NCBI GenBank assembly: GCA_003697085.1
Contig: RFFU01000074.1
Span: forward strand, 82,600 to 146,599
Source of the DNA: Candidatus Hydrogenedentota bacterium
GTDB lineage: Bacteria > UBA8481 > J006
DNA length: 64,000 nucleotides
Direction: 5' to 3'
Below are positions 35,868-46,268 of the stretch, piece after piece. The notes under the pieces were generated by a model. It searched no databases. It had not been told where the DNA came from and saw only the letters and a program-made list of their open reading frames with translations. The translations under genes were made by a program, and so were the position numbers. Within the stretch, counting starts at the first letter, position 1. The number at the start of each line of letters is the position of its first letter.

Positions 35868-38531
35868 ATGGAACCCGGCGAGGACGTAAATTTAGGGAAC
35901 GAGCGTTGGCGCGCGTGGCAGATTCTGGGGTGGATCGGAATTGCTTTGGTAGCCTGTATTGTACTTCTCTTTGGTTCCCATAAAGAAACCGTTGTGGAGA
36001 AGGGCGTTGTCCTTCACTTGAAGGAACGTCCCGAGTTTAGTTACGACAATTTGGAAGTCCGCGCGGAAAAAGCGGTTTTTAAGGAGTTCATTAGAAGACA
36101 TCCGGAAATTACGCTTCGGAATACCTCGGACCTAAAGGTGCCGAATACGCCGAGCACCGAGCTGCTTTCCATCGCCGGCAACATCGCACCGGATGTCTTT
36201 CGCGTCTCCTTTTCCCAGATGCGGAGTTATATTGAAGAGGGCTTTGTCGCCGATATTACTGATGATTTGGACACGGAATATCGCAGGAATATCCCGGAGA
36301 AGATATGGAAGATTGCGGAGAAGGAGGGGCGCTATTACGGAATTCCCGCGGAGTATATGAACGCAGGATTGATTTACAACAAACAACTCGTTGCGGAAGC
36401 CGGGTTGGATCCTGAAAAGCCTCCCCAAACATGGGAGGAACTCTTTTATTGGGCGCAAGTGTTGACGGATCGGGACAAGATTATGCATTGGGGGGATAAA
36501 ACTTTGGTTGGGCGATGGGGACTGGGTTGGCTGCTGGGGGAAGCGATCGAAGATCGAAATTTTACGACGACGGCGGGAGAATTTTTCGCGAATTTGGTGT
36601 GGCAATATGGCGGAAAAATGGCTGTCGAAAAGGACGGGAAATACAGGGTGTCCTATGCCTCACCCGCCGGAAAAAAAGCTCTGGATCTGATCTGGAAATT
36701 CAAATGGGCACACTGGTTCAAGGATGAACAGGGCCGCGTTATTACGTTGCGGGATGCCTCCGGAAATGTGGTGGTGACCCGGGACCAGTTTGAAAAACTC
36801 GCCGCCCGTGGACCGTACAGAGACGAATACGGCCAAAAGTGGGATTTGCGAAAATTGGATTCGGAAAGAAGAATTATTCGCGGCGTGATCAATGGTAGCG
36901 CTTCCGGCGAAGAGGCCTTAGGAGGAACGAGTCGAGGGTTCGTGCTCTTTGCCGTGGGCGCCGAACGCTGCGCAATGGCGATCGGCTATCCGCGTAGAAA
37001 TTTGGTCAAAATGGTCCAAGGATACGGCCATAAGGACCTCTATGGTTTCGCCCCTTTGCCCGTCGTCAAAGGGGGAAGGCCTGCTAACATGGTTCGCGGT
37101 TTTGTTTATGCCGTGAATGCTCAGATTCGGGATCCGAAGATTCGAAAGGCGGCCGTAGAGTACATCAAATTCCTCTGCTCTGAAGAAGCGAATCGAATGC
37201 GGACGGAACAGTACCTCGCGGAGGACTGGGGTATCCTTGTCCGACCGGATTGGCTTAGAAAATTCGGGTACAACGATGTCTATGAACAGATTCCAAAGGA
37301 ATGGCGGGAGTCCTATCAAAAGATGATGGCGCATTCCCGTTTGGCTCCGCTCTTTGGAAAATACGCCCAAATCCAGTCGAACGAGCTCAAAGAACCGCTC
37401 CAAAGGATTCTGTTGGCGGATGCGGAAAAGCCGGATTTGATGCGGTTGTTGAAAACTTCCGAAAAACGGGCCAATACGATGGTGTTGGGAATGCGCGATC
37501 CAAAGGATATGGCCCGGAAACGACGGATCGCGATAATTGTGCTTTCGTTGGCCGTGTTGGTAATCGGCTTTATCGTTGTTCGGTATTTGAGAGAGCTGAC
37601 TCAGGCCTATTCTTCGGACACGGGGCCGGCCGCCGTCAGCGGCCGGAAAGGGGGGTGGACACATCACGTCGGAGCATGGATTTTCTTGATTCCGGCAGTT
37701 CTGACTATACTTCTTTTTCAGTACTATCCACTCCTTCGCGGCTCGGCGATGGCATTTTATGATTGGAAACTCCTGGGGCCGAAAACTTTTGTAGGACTCG
37801 ATAATTTTATCGAGGCCTTCAGCCAACCGCTCTTTTATAAGGTGGTCAAGAATACTTTGTATTACGTCGGGCTTACAATGTCCCTTGGATTTGTTGCACC
37901 GGTGATTCTCGCTATTCTCCTCGCGGAGGTCCCCAAGGGGAAGATATTCTTTCGTGTCATTTACTATATCCCGTACGTGACGACTGGGCTGGTTATTCTT
38001 TTTCTCTGGAAGATGCTTTACTATCCGGGAGAGAGCGGCTTTCTGAATACGTTGTTGGCCCATTTCGGTCTGGGCCCCTATCGCTGGCTTGAGGATCCGA
38101 AACTTGCGATGATTTGTGTTGTACTTCCGGGAATTTGGGCCGGTGCCGGTGCCGGATCGATAATTTATCTTGCAGCTCTTGCAGGAATCCCTGAAGAAGT
38201 TTATGAAGCAGCGGATCTTGACGGGGCCGGAGTCTTTGACAAGATCATCAAGATTACAATTCCGTTTCTCAAACCTTTGTTGATTATTAATTTCGTCGGG
38301 GCGTTTATCGGGGCGTTTCACGCGTCCGCCAACATATTAATGATGACAGGAGGAGGTCCGCTTAATGCAACGAATGTTTTGGGAACGGAGATTTTCATTA
38401 AATCGTTTATCTATTTGAAGTTTGGTTATGCTACCGCGCTCGCCTGGATCCTCGGAGCGTTCCTTATCGGATTTACACTGCAGCAACTAAAGATTATGAA
38501 GAATCTCGAATATCGTACGACGGGGAAATAG
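35868..38531 (+). CDS. carbohydrate ABC transporter component: fusion of a solute-binding protein domain with a MalF/UgpA-type permease
   Basis: N-terminal TM anchor, then an extracytoplasmic SBP-like domain of about 500 aa (family-1 SBP-like). A TM segment (IAIIVLSLAVLVIGFIVV) is followed by a 6-TM permease with the EAA loop EAADLDGAGVFDKIIKITIPFLKP. The 887-aa ORF is continuous. Confidence 0.8.
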   Translation: MEPGEDVNLGNERWRAWQILGWIGIALVACIVLLFGSHKETVVEKGVVLHLKERPEFSYDNLEVRAEKAVFKEFIRRHPEITLRNTSDLKVPNTPSTELLSIAGNIAPDVFRVSFSQMRSYIEEGFVADITDDLDTEYRRNIPEKIWKIAEKEGRYYGIPAEYMNAGLIYNKQLVAEAGLDPEKPPQTWEELFYWAQVLTDRDKIMHWGDKTLVGRWGLGWLLGEAIEDRNFTTTAGEFFANLVWQYGGKMAVEKDGKYRVSYASPAGKKALDLIWKFKWAHWFKDEQGRVITLRDASGNVVVTRDQFEKLAARGPYRDEYGQKWDLRKLDSERRIIRGVINGSASGEEALGGTSRGFVLFAVGAERCAMAIGYPRRNLVKMVQGYGHKDLYGFAPLPVVKGGRPANMVRGFVYAVNAQIRDPKIRKAAVEYIKFLCSEEANRMRTEQYLAEDWGILVRPDWLRKFGYNDVYEQIPKEWRESYQKMMAHSRLAPLFGKYAQIQSNELKEPLQRILLADAEKPDLMRLLKTSEKRANTMVLGMRDPKDMARKRRIAIIVLSLAVLVIGFIVVRYLRELTQAYSSDTGPAAVSGRKGGWTHHVGAWIFLIPAVLTILLFQYYPLLRGSAMAFYDWKLLGPKTFVGLDNFIEAFSQPLFYKVVKNTLYYVGLTMSLGFVAPVILAILLAEVPKGKIFFRVIYYIPYVTTGLVILFLWKMLYYPGESGFLNTLLAHFGLGPYRWLEDPKLAMICVVLPGIWAGAGAGSIIYLAALAGIPEEVYEAADLDGAGVFDKIIKITIPFLKPLLIINFVGAFIGAFHASANILMMTGGGPLNATNVLGTEIFIKSFIYLKFGYATALAWILGAFLIGFTLQQLKIMKNLEYRTTGK

Positions 38532-38535
38532 AGCG

Positions 38536-40854
38536 ATGCCAATCATTGCCAAGGTCGGCCGGAAGGATATCGGGGTTCGCTTTACGATTCTTGCCATTTA
38601 CCTGCTGTTGATCTTGGGAGGGATTACGATGGTGTATCCCTTCCTCCTAATGGTGAAAATTTCAATTTCATCCAAAATGGACAATGATGATTATGGATTG
38701 CCCCGCTTTCTTTACGATGAAAACCTCCTGATGGCGAAATACTTGAATGAAAGGCATTCCTACTGGACTGGGCCGATGGCGTTACGTTACCACCGTGACT
38801 ACGGCATCTGGAAAGATCTGATAACTCCTGTAGCTCAAAAAGTGTATCCGCTGGATGACTCCACCCGCGTTGATCGGATTCGAAAAGCTGCGGAAAAATT
38901 GAAAAACGATTTGGAGGCACGGATTCATCCGAAAGACCAAAGGTTGATTACCGCGAAAAACCTGATACTGAGTCATCTTCAACGTATTTTGGCGAGAAAA
39001 ACGCCTTATGACGACCCTCTTCTCACTCGGCTCTTTGAAAGAAATTATGTGGAATTGGGGGAAAGGCTGGGCGAAATAAGGGATCCGAAACATTCGTCCG
39101 TTCTCCGGATTATTCGAAAGGATATCAAGAATCTCGAAGCGTTACGTTCCCCGAAATTCGATCTGAATGACAAGAAGGTGATGGCGGATGTTCAACGGTT
39201 GGGAATTGAGTGGCTGAATTATAAAAAGACGCTTCCGTTGGAATTGAAACAAGTGAATTTTATGAACTACAGTAACAATGGGAAAAACCAACGGGCGTTT
39301 CAGGAGTTTGTTAAGAAAAAATACGGAGGGGATATTTCGAGGGTAAATCGAATTTACGAGGACGGTGTCACCTATTTTTCGGAAATTCTTGCCCCTCATG
39401 GAGGCAGTATCTTTGGTGTGGTCCGTTCTCGTTATTCTGCGAAGGATCGAGATTGGATCGCGTTTAATAAAACGTTGAAGGAAGAGGAATTCTGTGTCCG
39501 TTACTGGGAGGGAAATGAAGCGCGTTGGGGGGAATTTTTTGCCGATCAAGTGAAACGTTATGCCCTGAAAAATGCTCCGGAGAAGTACCATCGATGGGAG
39601 GCCTATTTCAATACGGAGTACAGCGTGGAAGCCATCAACGATATTTTGGGGACCTCTTTTATTCAGGCAAGTTGTCTCTCGCTTCCACTCCCTGACAAAG
39701 GATTGCTGAAAAATAGAGTCGTTCGCGGTATATGGAAAAGGTTTCTTCTGGAAAATCGGGAAAATCTCAATTTCCTCAGGATCAACGTTACAAAGAAACT
39801 TCAGGAGCGGTTTTCGGAATATCTTCAAAAAAAATATGGAACCGTCTCGCGGCTTAATCGGGTATTGTCCCGGGAATTGTCAGAGGGGGGGACGAAGTTT
39901 CGGAGGTTTGAAGATTATGAATTGGCCGCCAATCGCCCGTTGGAGACGATGGCGATGCGGAGAGATTGGGATGAATTTGTGCGGACTCAGTGTCCTATTG
40001 AATATATTCAATATTATTCCTACGAGGCGCGGTGGCGGGACTACCTGAGACAAAAATACGCGAAGATTGAGAACTTCAATAAAACTCTTAAAACACGGCG
40101 TTACCGGTCGTTCTCAGAGGTTCCAGCCCCCTTTGCAGAATATGACCTCTATGATTATCTCAAGCATAGAAAAGGGTTGCGTTGGCGTTTTGTATGGGCG
40201 AATTATCGGTATGCCTTGGATCGCCTCTTCTTTAATGGAAGGGCGGCCTATAATACTCTTGTCCTCGTGGCCTTATCCCTGTTTACTGCGCTGACGGTGA
40301 ATCCGCTTGCGGCTTATGCACTTTCGAGATTTCGTTTGAGTTACGCCCATAAAGTTCTCCTTTTCTTTTTGGCGACGATGGCGTTTCCCCCCGAGGTGAC
40401 GATGATTCCGAATTTCCTTTTGATAAAAGAATTGGGCCTCCTGAACTCGTACGCGGCTCTCGTGCTTCCCGGGATGGCGAATGGCTTTTCAATCTTTCTT
40501 CTGAAAGGGTTCTTTGACAGTATTCCGTTGAGTTTGTATGAGGCGGCAGAGCTTGATGGGGCCAACAATTTTCAAATGTTTTATAAAATCACACTTCCCT
40601 TGTCGAAACCTGTCTTGGCCGTCATTGCGTTGAACACGTTCATGTATGTCTACGGAAGCTACCTGTGGGCGTTGCTGATTTGTCCGGCCAGAAAATTTTG
40701 GACGATTATGGTTTTTGTTACACAATTTCAACAGGTGCAACTTCCTCATCAAACAATGGCGGCGTTGGTCCTGGCTGCATTGCCCCCCTTGATTGTCTTT
40801 GTGCTTTGCCAAAAGGTGATTATGCGCGGGATTGTCATTCCCCAGTCGAAGTGA
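38536..40854 (+). CDS. carbohydrate ABC transporter permease (MalG/UgpE-type) with a ~480-aa periplasmic insertion after TM1
   Basis: The C-terminal 270 aa are a canonical permease with the EAA motif YEAAELDGANNFQMFYKITLP. The N-terminal TM FTILAIYLLLILGGITMVYPFLLMV is followed by a long helical, Trp/Tyr/Arg-rich domain that is not recognisable. Confidence 0.8.
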   Translation: MPIIAKVGRKDIGVRFTILAIYLLLILGGITMVYPFLLMVKISISSKMDNDDYGLPRFLYDENLLMAKYLNERHSYWTGPMALRYHRDYGIWKDLITPVAQKVYPLDDSTRVDRIRKAAEKLKNDLEARIHPKDQRLITAKNLILSHLQRILARKTPYDDPLLTRLFERNYVELGERLGEIRDPKHSSVLRIIRKDIKNLEALRSPKFDLNDKKVMADVQRLGIEWLNYKKTLPLELKQVNFMNYSNNGKNQRAFQEFVKKKYGGDISRVNRIYEDGVTYFSEILAPHGGSIFGVVRSRYSAKDRDWIAFNKTLKEEEFCVRYWEGNEARWGEFFADQVKRYALKNAPEKYHRWEAYFNTEYSVEAINDILGTSFIQASCLSLPLPDKGLLKNRVVRGIWKRFLLENRENLNFLRINVTKKLQERFSEYLQKKYGTVSRLNRVLSRELSEGGTKFRRFEDYELAANRPLETMAMRRDWDEFVRTQCPIEYIQYYSYEARWRDYLRQKYAKIENFNKTLKTRRYRSFSEVPAPFAEYDLYDYLKHRKGLRWRFVWANYRYALDRLFFNGRAAYNTLVLVALSLFTALTVNPLAAYALSRFRLSYAHKVLLFFLATMAFPPEVTMIPNFLLIKELGLLNSYAALVLPGMANGFSIFLLKGFFDSIPLSLYEAAELDGANNFQMFYKITLPLSKPVLAVIALNTFMYVYGSYLWALLICPARKFWTIMVFVTQFQQVQLPHQTMAALVLAALPPLIVFVLCQKVIMRGIVIPQSK

Positions 40855-40924
40855 TCGCCGGAACATAAACGAATACAACTTTCGAGGGGAAAAGGGGGAT
40901 TTTTTGAAAAAAAAGGAGGAAACG

Positions 40925-42004
40925 ATGGTTTCGGAAAATAGGTCTTTTATGGAAAACCTGGCTGTCTTGAAAAGGGCAAGAACCCGTTCCATCAGTCCAG
41001 AGAATTTTTCCGGGGAGAAAGGAAAGGGCGGAATGGCCACGGAAGGAACGGGTAAAGAATGTGCACGTGATTTAGGACAGGGCTGGAAGATATCACCGAG
41101 TGTTGTGATTGGTTCGGGGACCACGTTTGTGTTGGCCGAAATAGAAGGTCCCGGGGTGATTCAGCAGATTTGGCTTACGCCAACCGGGAATTGGCGCCAT
41201 CAAATCCTCCGGATTTTCTGGGATGATCAAGAAGTTCCGTCGGTTGAATCGCCCGTGGGGGATTTTTTCGCTATGGGGTGGGGGAGATTCGCCCCGATTT
41301 CCTCGTTGGCTGTCTGTGTTAATCCGGGAAGTGCCTTCAATTGTTATTGGGCGATGCCATTTCGAAGGAAATGTCGCATTACTTTGGAGAATATTTCGGA
41401 GGAGGATGTTGTTCTTTATTATCAGATTAACTATTCATTGGAGGATGTTTCCGAAGAGTGCGCGTACTTTCATGCGCAGTTTCGTCGCACGAATCCCCTG
41501 CCCTATAAACAGGTTTATACCATTTTAGACGGTGTCCGCGGCCGCGGACATTATGTGGGGACTTATATGGCCTGGGGTGTCAATAACAATGGATGGTGGG
41601 GGGAAGGGGAGATTAAGTTTTATTTGGACGGGGACGGGAAATTTCCAACGATTTGCGGAACCGGAACGGAGGACTACTTTTGCGGTTCCTATAATTTTGA
41701 AAACCGTGAGACGAAACAGTACCAGGAGTTTTCGACACCTTATTCCGGCTTGCACCAGGTAATTCGTCCCGACGGCGTCTATCAGTCTCAAACGCGTTTT
41801 GGGCTCTATCGCTGGCATCTTGTTGATCCGATCCGTTTTGAACAGGATCTGCAGGTTACCATACAAGCGTTGGGATGGCGAGGAACATCGGGGCGTTACC
41901 TTCCGCTCCAGGATGATATCGCTTCCGTGGCGTATTGGTATCAGACTTTACCGACGGCTCCTTTTCCGAGACTCCCAGACAAAGATTACCTGGAGGTGAT
42001 ATGA
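40925..42004 (+). CDS. DUF2961 family protein (glycoside hydrolase family GH172-like)
   Basis: About 360 aa with a beta-rich composition. Blocks GPGVIQQIWLT, YYQINY and GTGTEDYF are recalled from DUF2961/GH172 proteins. The ATG at 40925 is preferred over the ORF-track start at 40832. Confidence 0.55.
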   Translation: MVSENRSFMENLAVLKRARTRSISPENFSGEKGKGGMATEGTGKECARDLGQGWKISPSVVIGSGTTFVLAEIEGPGVIQQIWLTPTGNWRHQILRIFWDDQEVPSVESPVGDFFAMGWGRFAPISSLAVCVNPGSAFNCYWAMPFRRKCRITLENISEEDVVLYYQINYSLEDVSEECAYFHAQFRRTNPLPYKQVYTILDGVRGRGHYVGTYMAWGVNNNGWWGEGEIKFYLDGDGKFPTICGTGTEDYFCGSYNFENRETKQYQEFSTPYSGLHQVIRPDGVYQSQTRFGLYRWHLVDPIRFEQDLQVTIQALGWRGTSGRYLPLQDDIASVAYWYQTLPTAPFPRLPDKDYLEVI

Positions 42005-42007
42005 ACC

Positions 42008-44227
42008 TTGAGGGCGGGCTCGGCCTATCCAAGTAGAGAAGAACACGGAAGTCCGGAGGCGATTGTTCTCGAAGACGAACGATTGACGTTCCTTGCGGCG
42101 ATTCCGTCACTTGGGGAAGAACCACCCCATTTTGTTCGCGGGGAAGAGGAGGGGTGGAAGAATTTGAGGTTTGCCTGGGATCTCCGGGAGCCCGTGCAAC
42201 AAGATTCACTGGAGGTCGTGTTTACGCTTCAGGGATTGATAAAGTTTTTCCGGGGCGCCGCATCTTGTCCCGTGTGACGGAAACTGTATTCCCCGCGAAG
42301 TGTTTCGGTCTCCAGCACTTATTGCGGGGGACGGGACGGCCATCGTAGCGCTTGTGCCGGATTTGCAGGTCTGTGAACGATATCCCTTGCGGCCGTGGTT
42401 TCTCGATGTGGATGCTTCCGAGCAGAAGTTTGTATTTGGGATTTCCCGAGCGGAAACTGAGGGGCATGTGGGCTTTCGGAAGGTAGGGGGCACGGTATTC
42501 CCGAAGGGGAGAACGGAAATCGGCTTTTATTGGAGGGGATTTCGTGTCAAAGAAGGCATTAAAGACCCTTGGGAAGCGGTAAGCCGGTTTTTATGGCGGA
42601 AATATGGCCGGCCTCTTTTTCAACAGGGCCAACCGTCTAAGATTCCGTTGGACCGCTATGTTGAAACGGCGTACGGGTGGGCCTTTAACCGGTGGGAAAA
42701 GATCGTTTGGCGGGAATTTCAAATGGGAGAAACAAAGGTCGGAGCCTGTCGCCTGATCGTCACCGCAAGCGATTCGCCGAATTCACCGGGAAAACGTCCT
42801 TCGTGGGAGAAAGATTCGATCTGGAATCAAGCGTGGTTCAGCTCATTGCGGAGCGCATCGGGACTTTACCGGTATGCGCGCCGTACCGGCAATGTGGCTT
42901 TGAAGGAAAGAGCATGTATGACGAAGGAATTGGCGCTTTCGGCCCCTCAGAGGGCGGAGGGAATCTTTCCTTCCGTGTTTCTGGCGAGTGATCGATATTC
43001 CGAAGACGGAGTGCAATCGTGGGAGGAGGGGCGCTGGAGTAATTCGGATCGGGTCCCCGCTGAGCGCGGAATAACCAGGGAATGGTATCATGTATTGGAC
43101 ACCTCATGGACGGCTTTACAGGTGGTGCGATGGTACCGGGAATTGGAAGGAGATGAACGACTGCTCCGATATGCAAAACGGTATGCGGATTTCCCACTTG
43201 AGCGTCAAGAGGAGAAGGGCTTTTTTCCGGCTTGGTTGCATCCTGAAACTCTCGAACCAGCAAAGATTCTTTTCGAATCGCCGGAAACGTCGTTGAGTGT
43301 AACTTTCCTTTTGGAGTTGGCCGATCAGAAAACTGGGAGGGGTGAAGCCTATCGGAAGGCGGCGCTAAAAGGGATGGATGCCGTGATCGATGAAATTATT
43401 CCGGACGGTCGCTGGGAAGATTTTGAAACATATTGGTCCTGCAGTCCTTTTGGAAGAGAAGAATATTATGGTAAAAAGATCGAGCGTAGTGGAATGTATA
43501 AGCAGTGAAATTTGTCGATGTACTGGACAGCGGAAGCGTTGTTGAAGTGCTTTCGCGCTACCGGGGAAAAGAAGTATCTTCTCTGGGGGGAAAGAACAAT
43601 TCACGAACTGAGTATGACACAGCAGATTTGGCAACCTCCCTTTGTTGCTGTTCCGACGTTGGGAGGCTTTGGAGTGATGAACTTTGACGGAGAATGGAAT
43701 GATGCTCGCCAGAGTCTCTTTGCGGAGTTGTTTCTCGATTACTATCGGGTGACAGGAGAGGCGGAATTGTTTGAAAGAGGCGTGGCCGCCTTAAAGGCCG
43801 GATTCATCATGATGTACTGTCCAGAGAATCCCGCGGTGAAAAAATGTATGAAAAAGCCCATCCATTTTTTGGAAGAGAAGATTACGGTTTTATGATGGAA
43901 AATTTCGGACATTTTGGAATCTTGACCCCTCCTGAAAAGGGCATCGGAAATTTTACTCTTTACGATTGGGGACCGGGTTCTGCATGTAAGGCGTGGTGTC
44001 GAATCAGAGACCATTATGGGGATGCCTACGTGGACCTCGGACGCAATCGTGCCTTTGGTATTAATTCTGTATCGGTAGATCTGGATAAGAGAAATATTTT
44101 GGTCCGTGATGCTTCTGTTGGGACCGACGGGCGGTCGCGCGATATCAAGGTCGTTTTCAGCGATGGAAAGGAGAGAAACATTGAATTGCCTCGGGAAGGA
44201 AAAGTAGAAATTCCAAAGGCGATTTAA
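42008..44227 (+). pseudogene. disrupted ~740-aa putative glycosidase-like gene: pieces in frames 2, 0, 0 and 2, joined by two homopolymer-associated frameshifts and one in-frame TGA
   Basis: ORFs 42008..42277, 42300..43508 (open from 42243), 43512..43895 and 43844..44227 read as one continuous protein-like sequence. Junctions are at the T5 run near 42245-42249, at an in-frame TGA at 43506-43508 (aag cag TGA aat), and at the A6 run near 43839-43844. Confidence 0.55.
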
Positions 44228-44789
44228 AAATTGGCCGAGAGTGTGGAATAACCGAACGGTTTATCAGCCTGGAAGGGAGGCGATCGGAGGAGAGAGGGCG
44301 GCGGGGGTCGGAAGCGCGTGTCAGAATACAAGGATAAGCGGAAGAGAGGGCTGTAAATACAGGTGCTTTTTCAATGAGATCGTTTTTCGACGATAAAGCA
44401 AAAGCGGCAGTACGGGCGGCCGGAAGAAAAGAGAAGAAGGAAGGCACGGGGGCGAAGAGGGGGTCGGATTCAGTGTAAGCAGGCTTGAAAATTACGGCTC
44501 TTGTGCGGCAAAGCAAAATAATCTTTACATTAGAACGATTTAAATATTAGATAAAGAATATTTGTGTGGGCAACCGAGAGACGACGGGGTCCCCCCAAGG
44601 CCCCGTATTTTGGGAAGGAACCACTGGGCAAGGAGGGGAAGCGCGGCCGGGCGCTATACGGGGGAGGTTTTGCAAAGCGGATGCGGTTCCGCGCCTCGCG
44701 CGGGTGCCGGCAGAACGTGGGACTGGAAAGGTGTATCTGCGGGACGGTCTGTAAAGCGGCTGGCGTCGATTGATGAAAAGGAGGATGGG

Positions 44790-46253
44790 ATGGTGAAAAG
44801 CGGGATTAAGGTCGGGATATTGACGTTTGGTGACGGGCGGGATTTTTTGGCGGAACCATTGCGTGAGGTCAACGAGCATTTTCTGAGACAACTTTCGCGG
44901 AGGTTGGAGGATTCCGGACACGAAGTTATCACCGGCACCGAGGTCATCTGGCGGAATGAAATCGCCGTTCGTGAGGCGAAGCGGATGGCGGCGGCCGATG
45001 TTGACGTCGTCATTTACAATTATTCCGTCTGGGCATGGCCGCAGTATGCGCGGTTGGCCGCGCAGTTTCTCCCGCAGCCTGTGATACTCTTTTCGAATGT
45101 GAATCCTGAAAAACCGGGTTTGGTCGCCATGCTTGCGCACGCGGGGTCTTTGGATCAGGTGGGGATTTCGTTCTGCAAATTATTTGGTGACATAATGCAG
45201 AACGAGGTTCTTGAGGCTGTCAACAGGAAGATTAACGCCATTGCCGCGAAGACGCGTTTGAGGGGAAAGACATTCGCGCTGATCGGTGGGCGTTCCCTGG
45301 GGATCGACACGACGGTTTCGGATCCGGCTCTTTGGATGAAACTGTTTGGTATTGATGTGGATCACGTCGACCAGTTTGAGGTTTACCGGCGTGCGGAGGA
45401 GGAGTGTCGGAAAGGGGAGCGTGTAAATGCGGCTCTGGACTATTTGAAAAAGAAGGTACGAAAGATTCATTGGACGAAGCCGGATGCACAGATGAGGCTG
45501 ACCGAGGACCTTCTTCGGAAGCAGTTGGGAATGTATTACGCCGTTTACGATCTCTGTGAGGAGTTCAATTACGACTTCTGCGGTATCAAAGGCCAAAGGG
45601 AGATGACGGAGCATTACGCAACCGCCGATGTGGCGGAGGCCTTTTTGAACGATCCGTATGGTCCTGAGGGGGAGCCAAAGCGAGTGATCGTCTGTTCCAC
45701 GGAAGCGGATATGGACGCGGCATTGACGATGCAGGTTCTGCATCACCTTTCGGGAACGCCGGTGCTTTTCGCCGACGTCCGACATTATCACCAGGACGTG
45801 GGTGTGTGGGATCTCTGCAACTCCGGGCAGCATGCGACCTACTTTGCAGGTAAGTCTTTTGATCCGGAGGTCAACCTGGCGAAGACGGAGTTTCGACCGG
45901 AAGGGTTTTACTTTCCCGCCGGCGGCGCCGCCGTCTTCCATATCGCCCATCCCGGGAAGATGACCTTGGCTCGGTTGACGCGGGGGGGGGACACGAATCG
46001 GTATCGGATGACCTTTTTCACGGGCGAGTGCAAGGACTTCGGCGAGGAGAAGAATATGGCCCTGGCCGAAGGAGTTCAGGACAATTGGCCGCATGCATTT
46101 TTGGAATTTTCCTGTTCGATGCGGGAGTTTATTGACAATTTTCACTGCAATCATATTCACGCGGTATACGGCGATTATCGTGAAGAATTGCGTGAGTTCT
46201 GTCGTTGCTCCGGTATCGAAGCCGTCGAATTGGGCCTCTCCGGAAAGAAATGA
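44790..46253 (+). CDS. L-fucose isomerase family sugar isomerase (FucI/D-arabinose isomerase-like, short form)
   Basis: GILTFGDGRD (compare FucI GIRPVIDGRR) and LFADVRHYHQDVGVWDLCNSG (compare FucI VFADVRTYW). 487 aa from the ATG at 44790, with an AAGGAGG RBS 5-13 nt upstream. The ORF-track frame extends upstream with junk-like translation. Confidence 0.75.
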   Translation: MVKSGIKVGILTFGDGRDFLAEPLREVNEHFLRQLSRRLEDSGHEVITGTEVIWRNEIAVREAKRMAAADVDVVIYNYSVWAWPQYARLAAQFLPQPVILFSNVNPEKPGLVAMLAHAGSLDQVGISFCKLFGDIMQNEVLEAVNRKINAIAAKTRLRGKTFALIGGRSLGIDTTVSDPALWMKLFGIDVDHVDQFEVYRRAEEECRKGERVNAALDYLKKKVRKIHWTKPDAQMRLTEDLLRKQLGMYYAVYDLCEEFNYDFCGIKGQREMTEHYATADVAEAFLNDPYGPEGEPKRVIVCSTEADMDAALTMQVLHHLSGTPVLFADVRHYHQDVGVWDLCNSGQHATYFAGKSFDPEVNLAKTEFRPEGFYFPAGGAAVFHIAHPGKMTLARLTRGGDTNRYRMTFFTGECKDFGEEKNMALAEGVQDNWPHAFLEFSCSMREFIDNFHCNHIHAVYGDYREELREFCRCSGIEAVELGLSGKK

Positions 46254-46268
46254 GGAGGATTGAAAGGA

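Noticed and set aside
36918-38321. 467-aa minus-strand ORF antisense to the ABC SBP-permease fusion gene
   Set aside because: It is antisense to a permease with a clear EAA loop, and the composition is not protein-like.
43506-43508. In-frame TGA as a possible selenocysteine codon
   Set aside because: No SECIS-like hairpin follows immediately, and there is no redox-motif context. The same gene also carries two frameshifts, so a nonsense mutation is more parsimonious.
44562-44789. N-terminal 76 codons of the ORF-track frame upstream of the isomerase
   Set aside because: The translation is Gly/Arg-rich junk. A strong AAGGAGG RBS directly precedes the ATG at 44790, which gives a FucI-family N-terminus.
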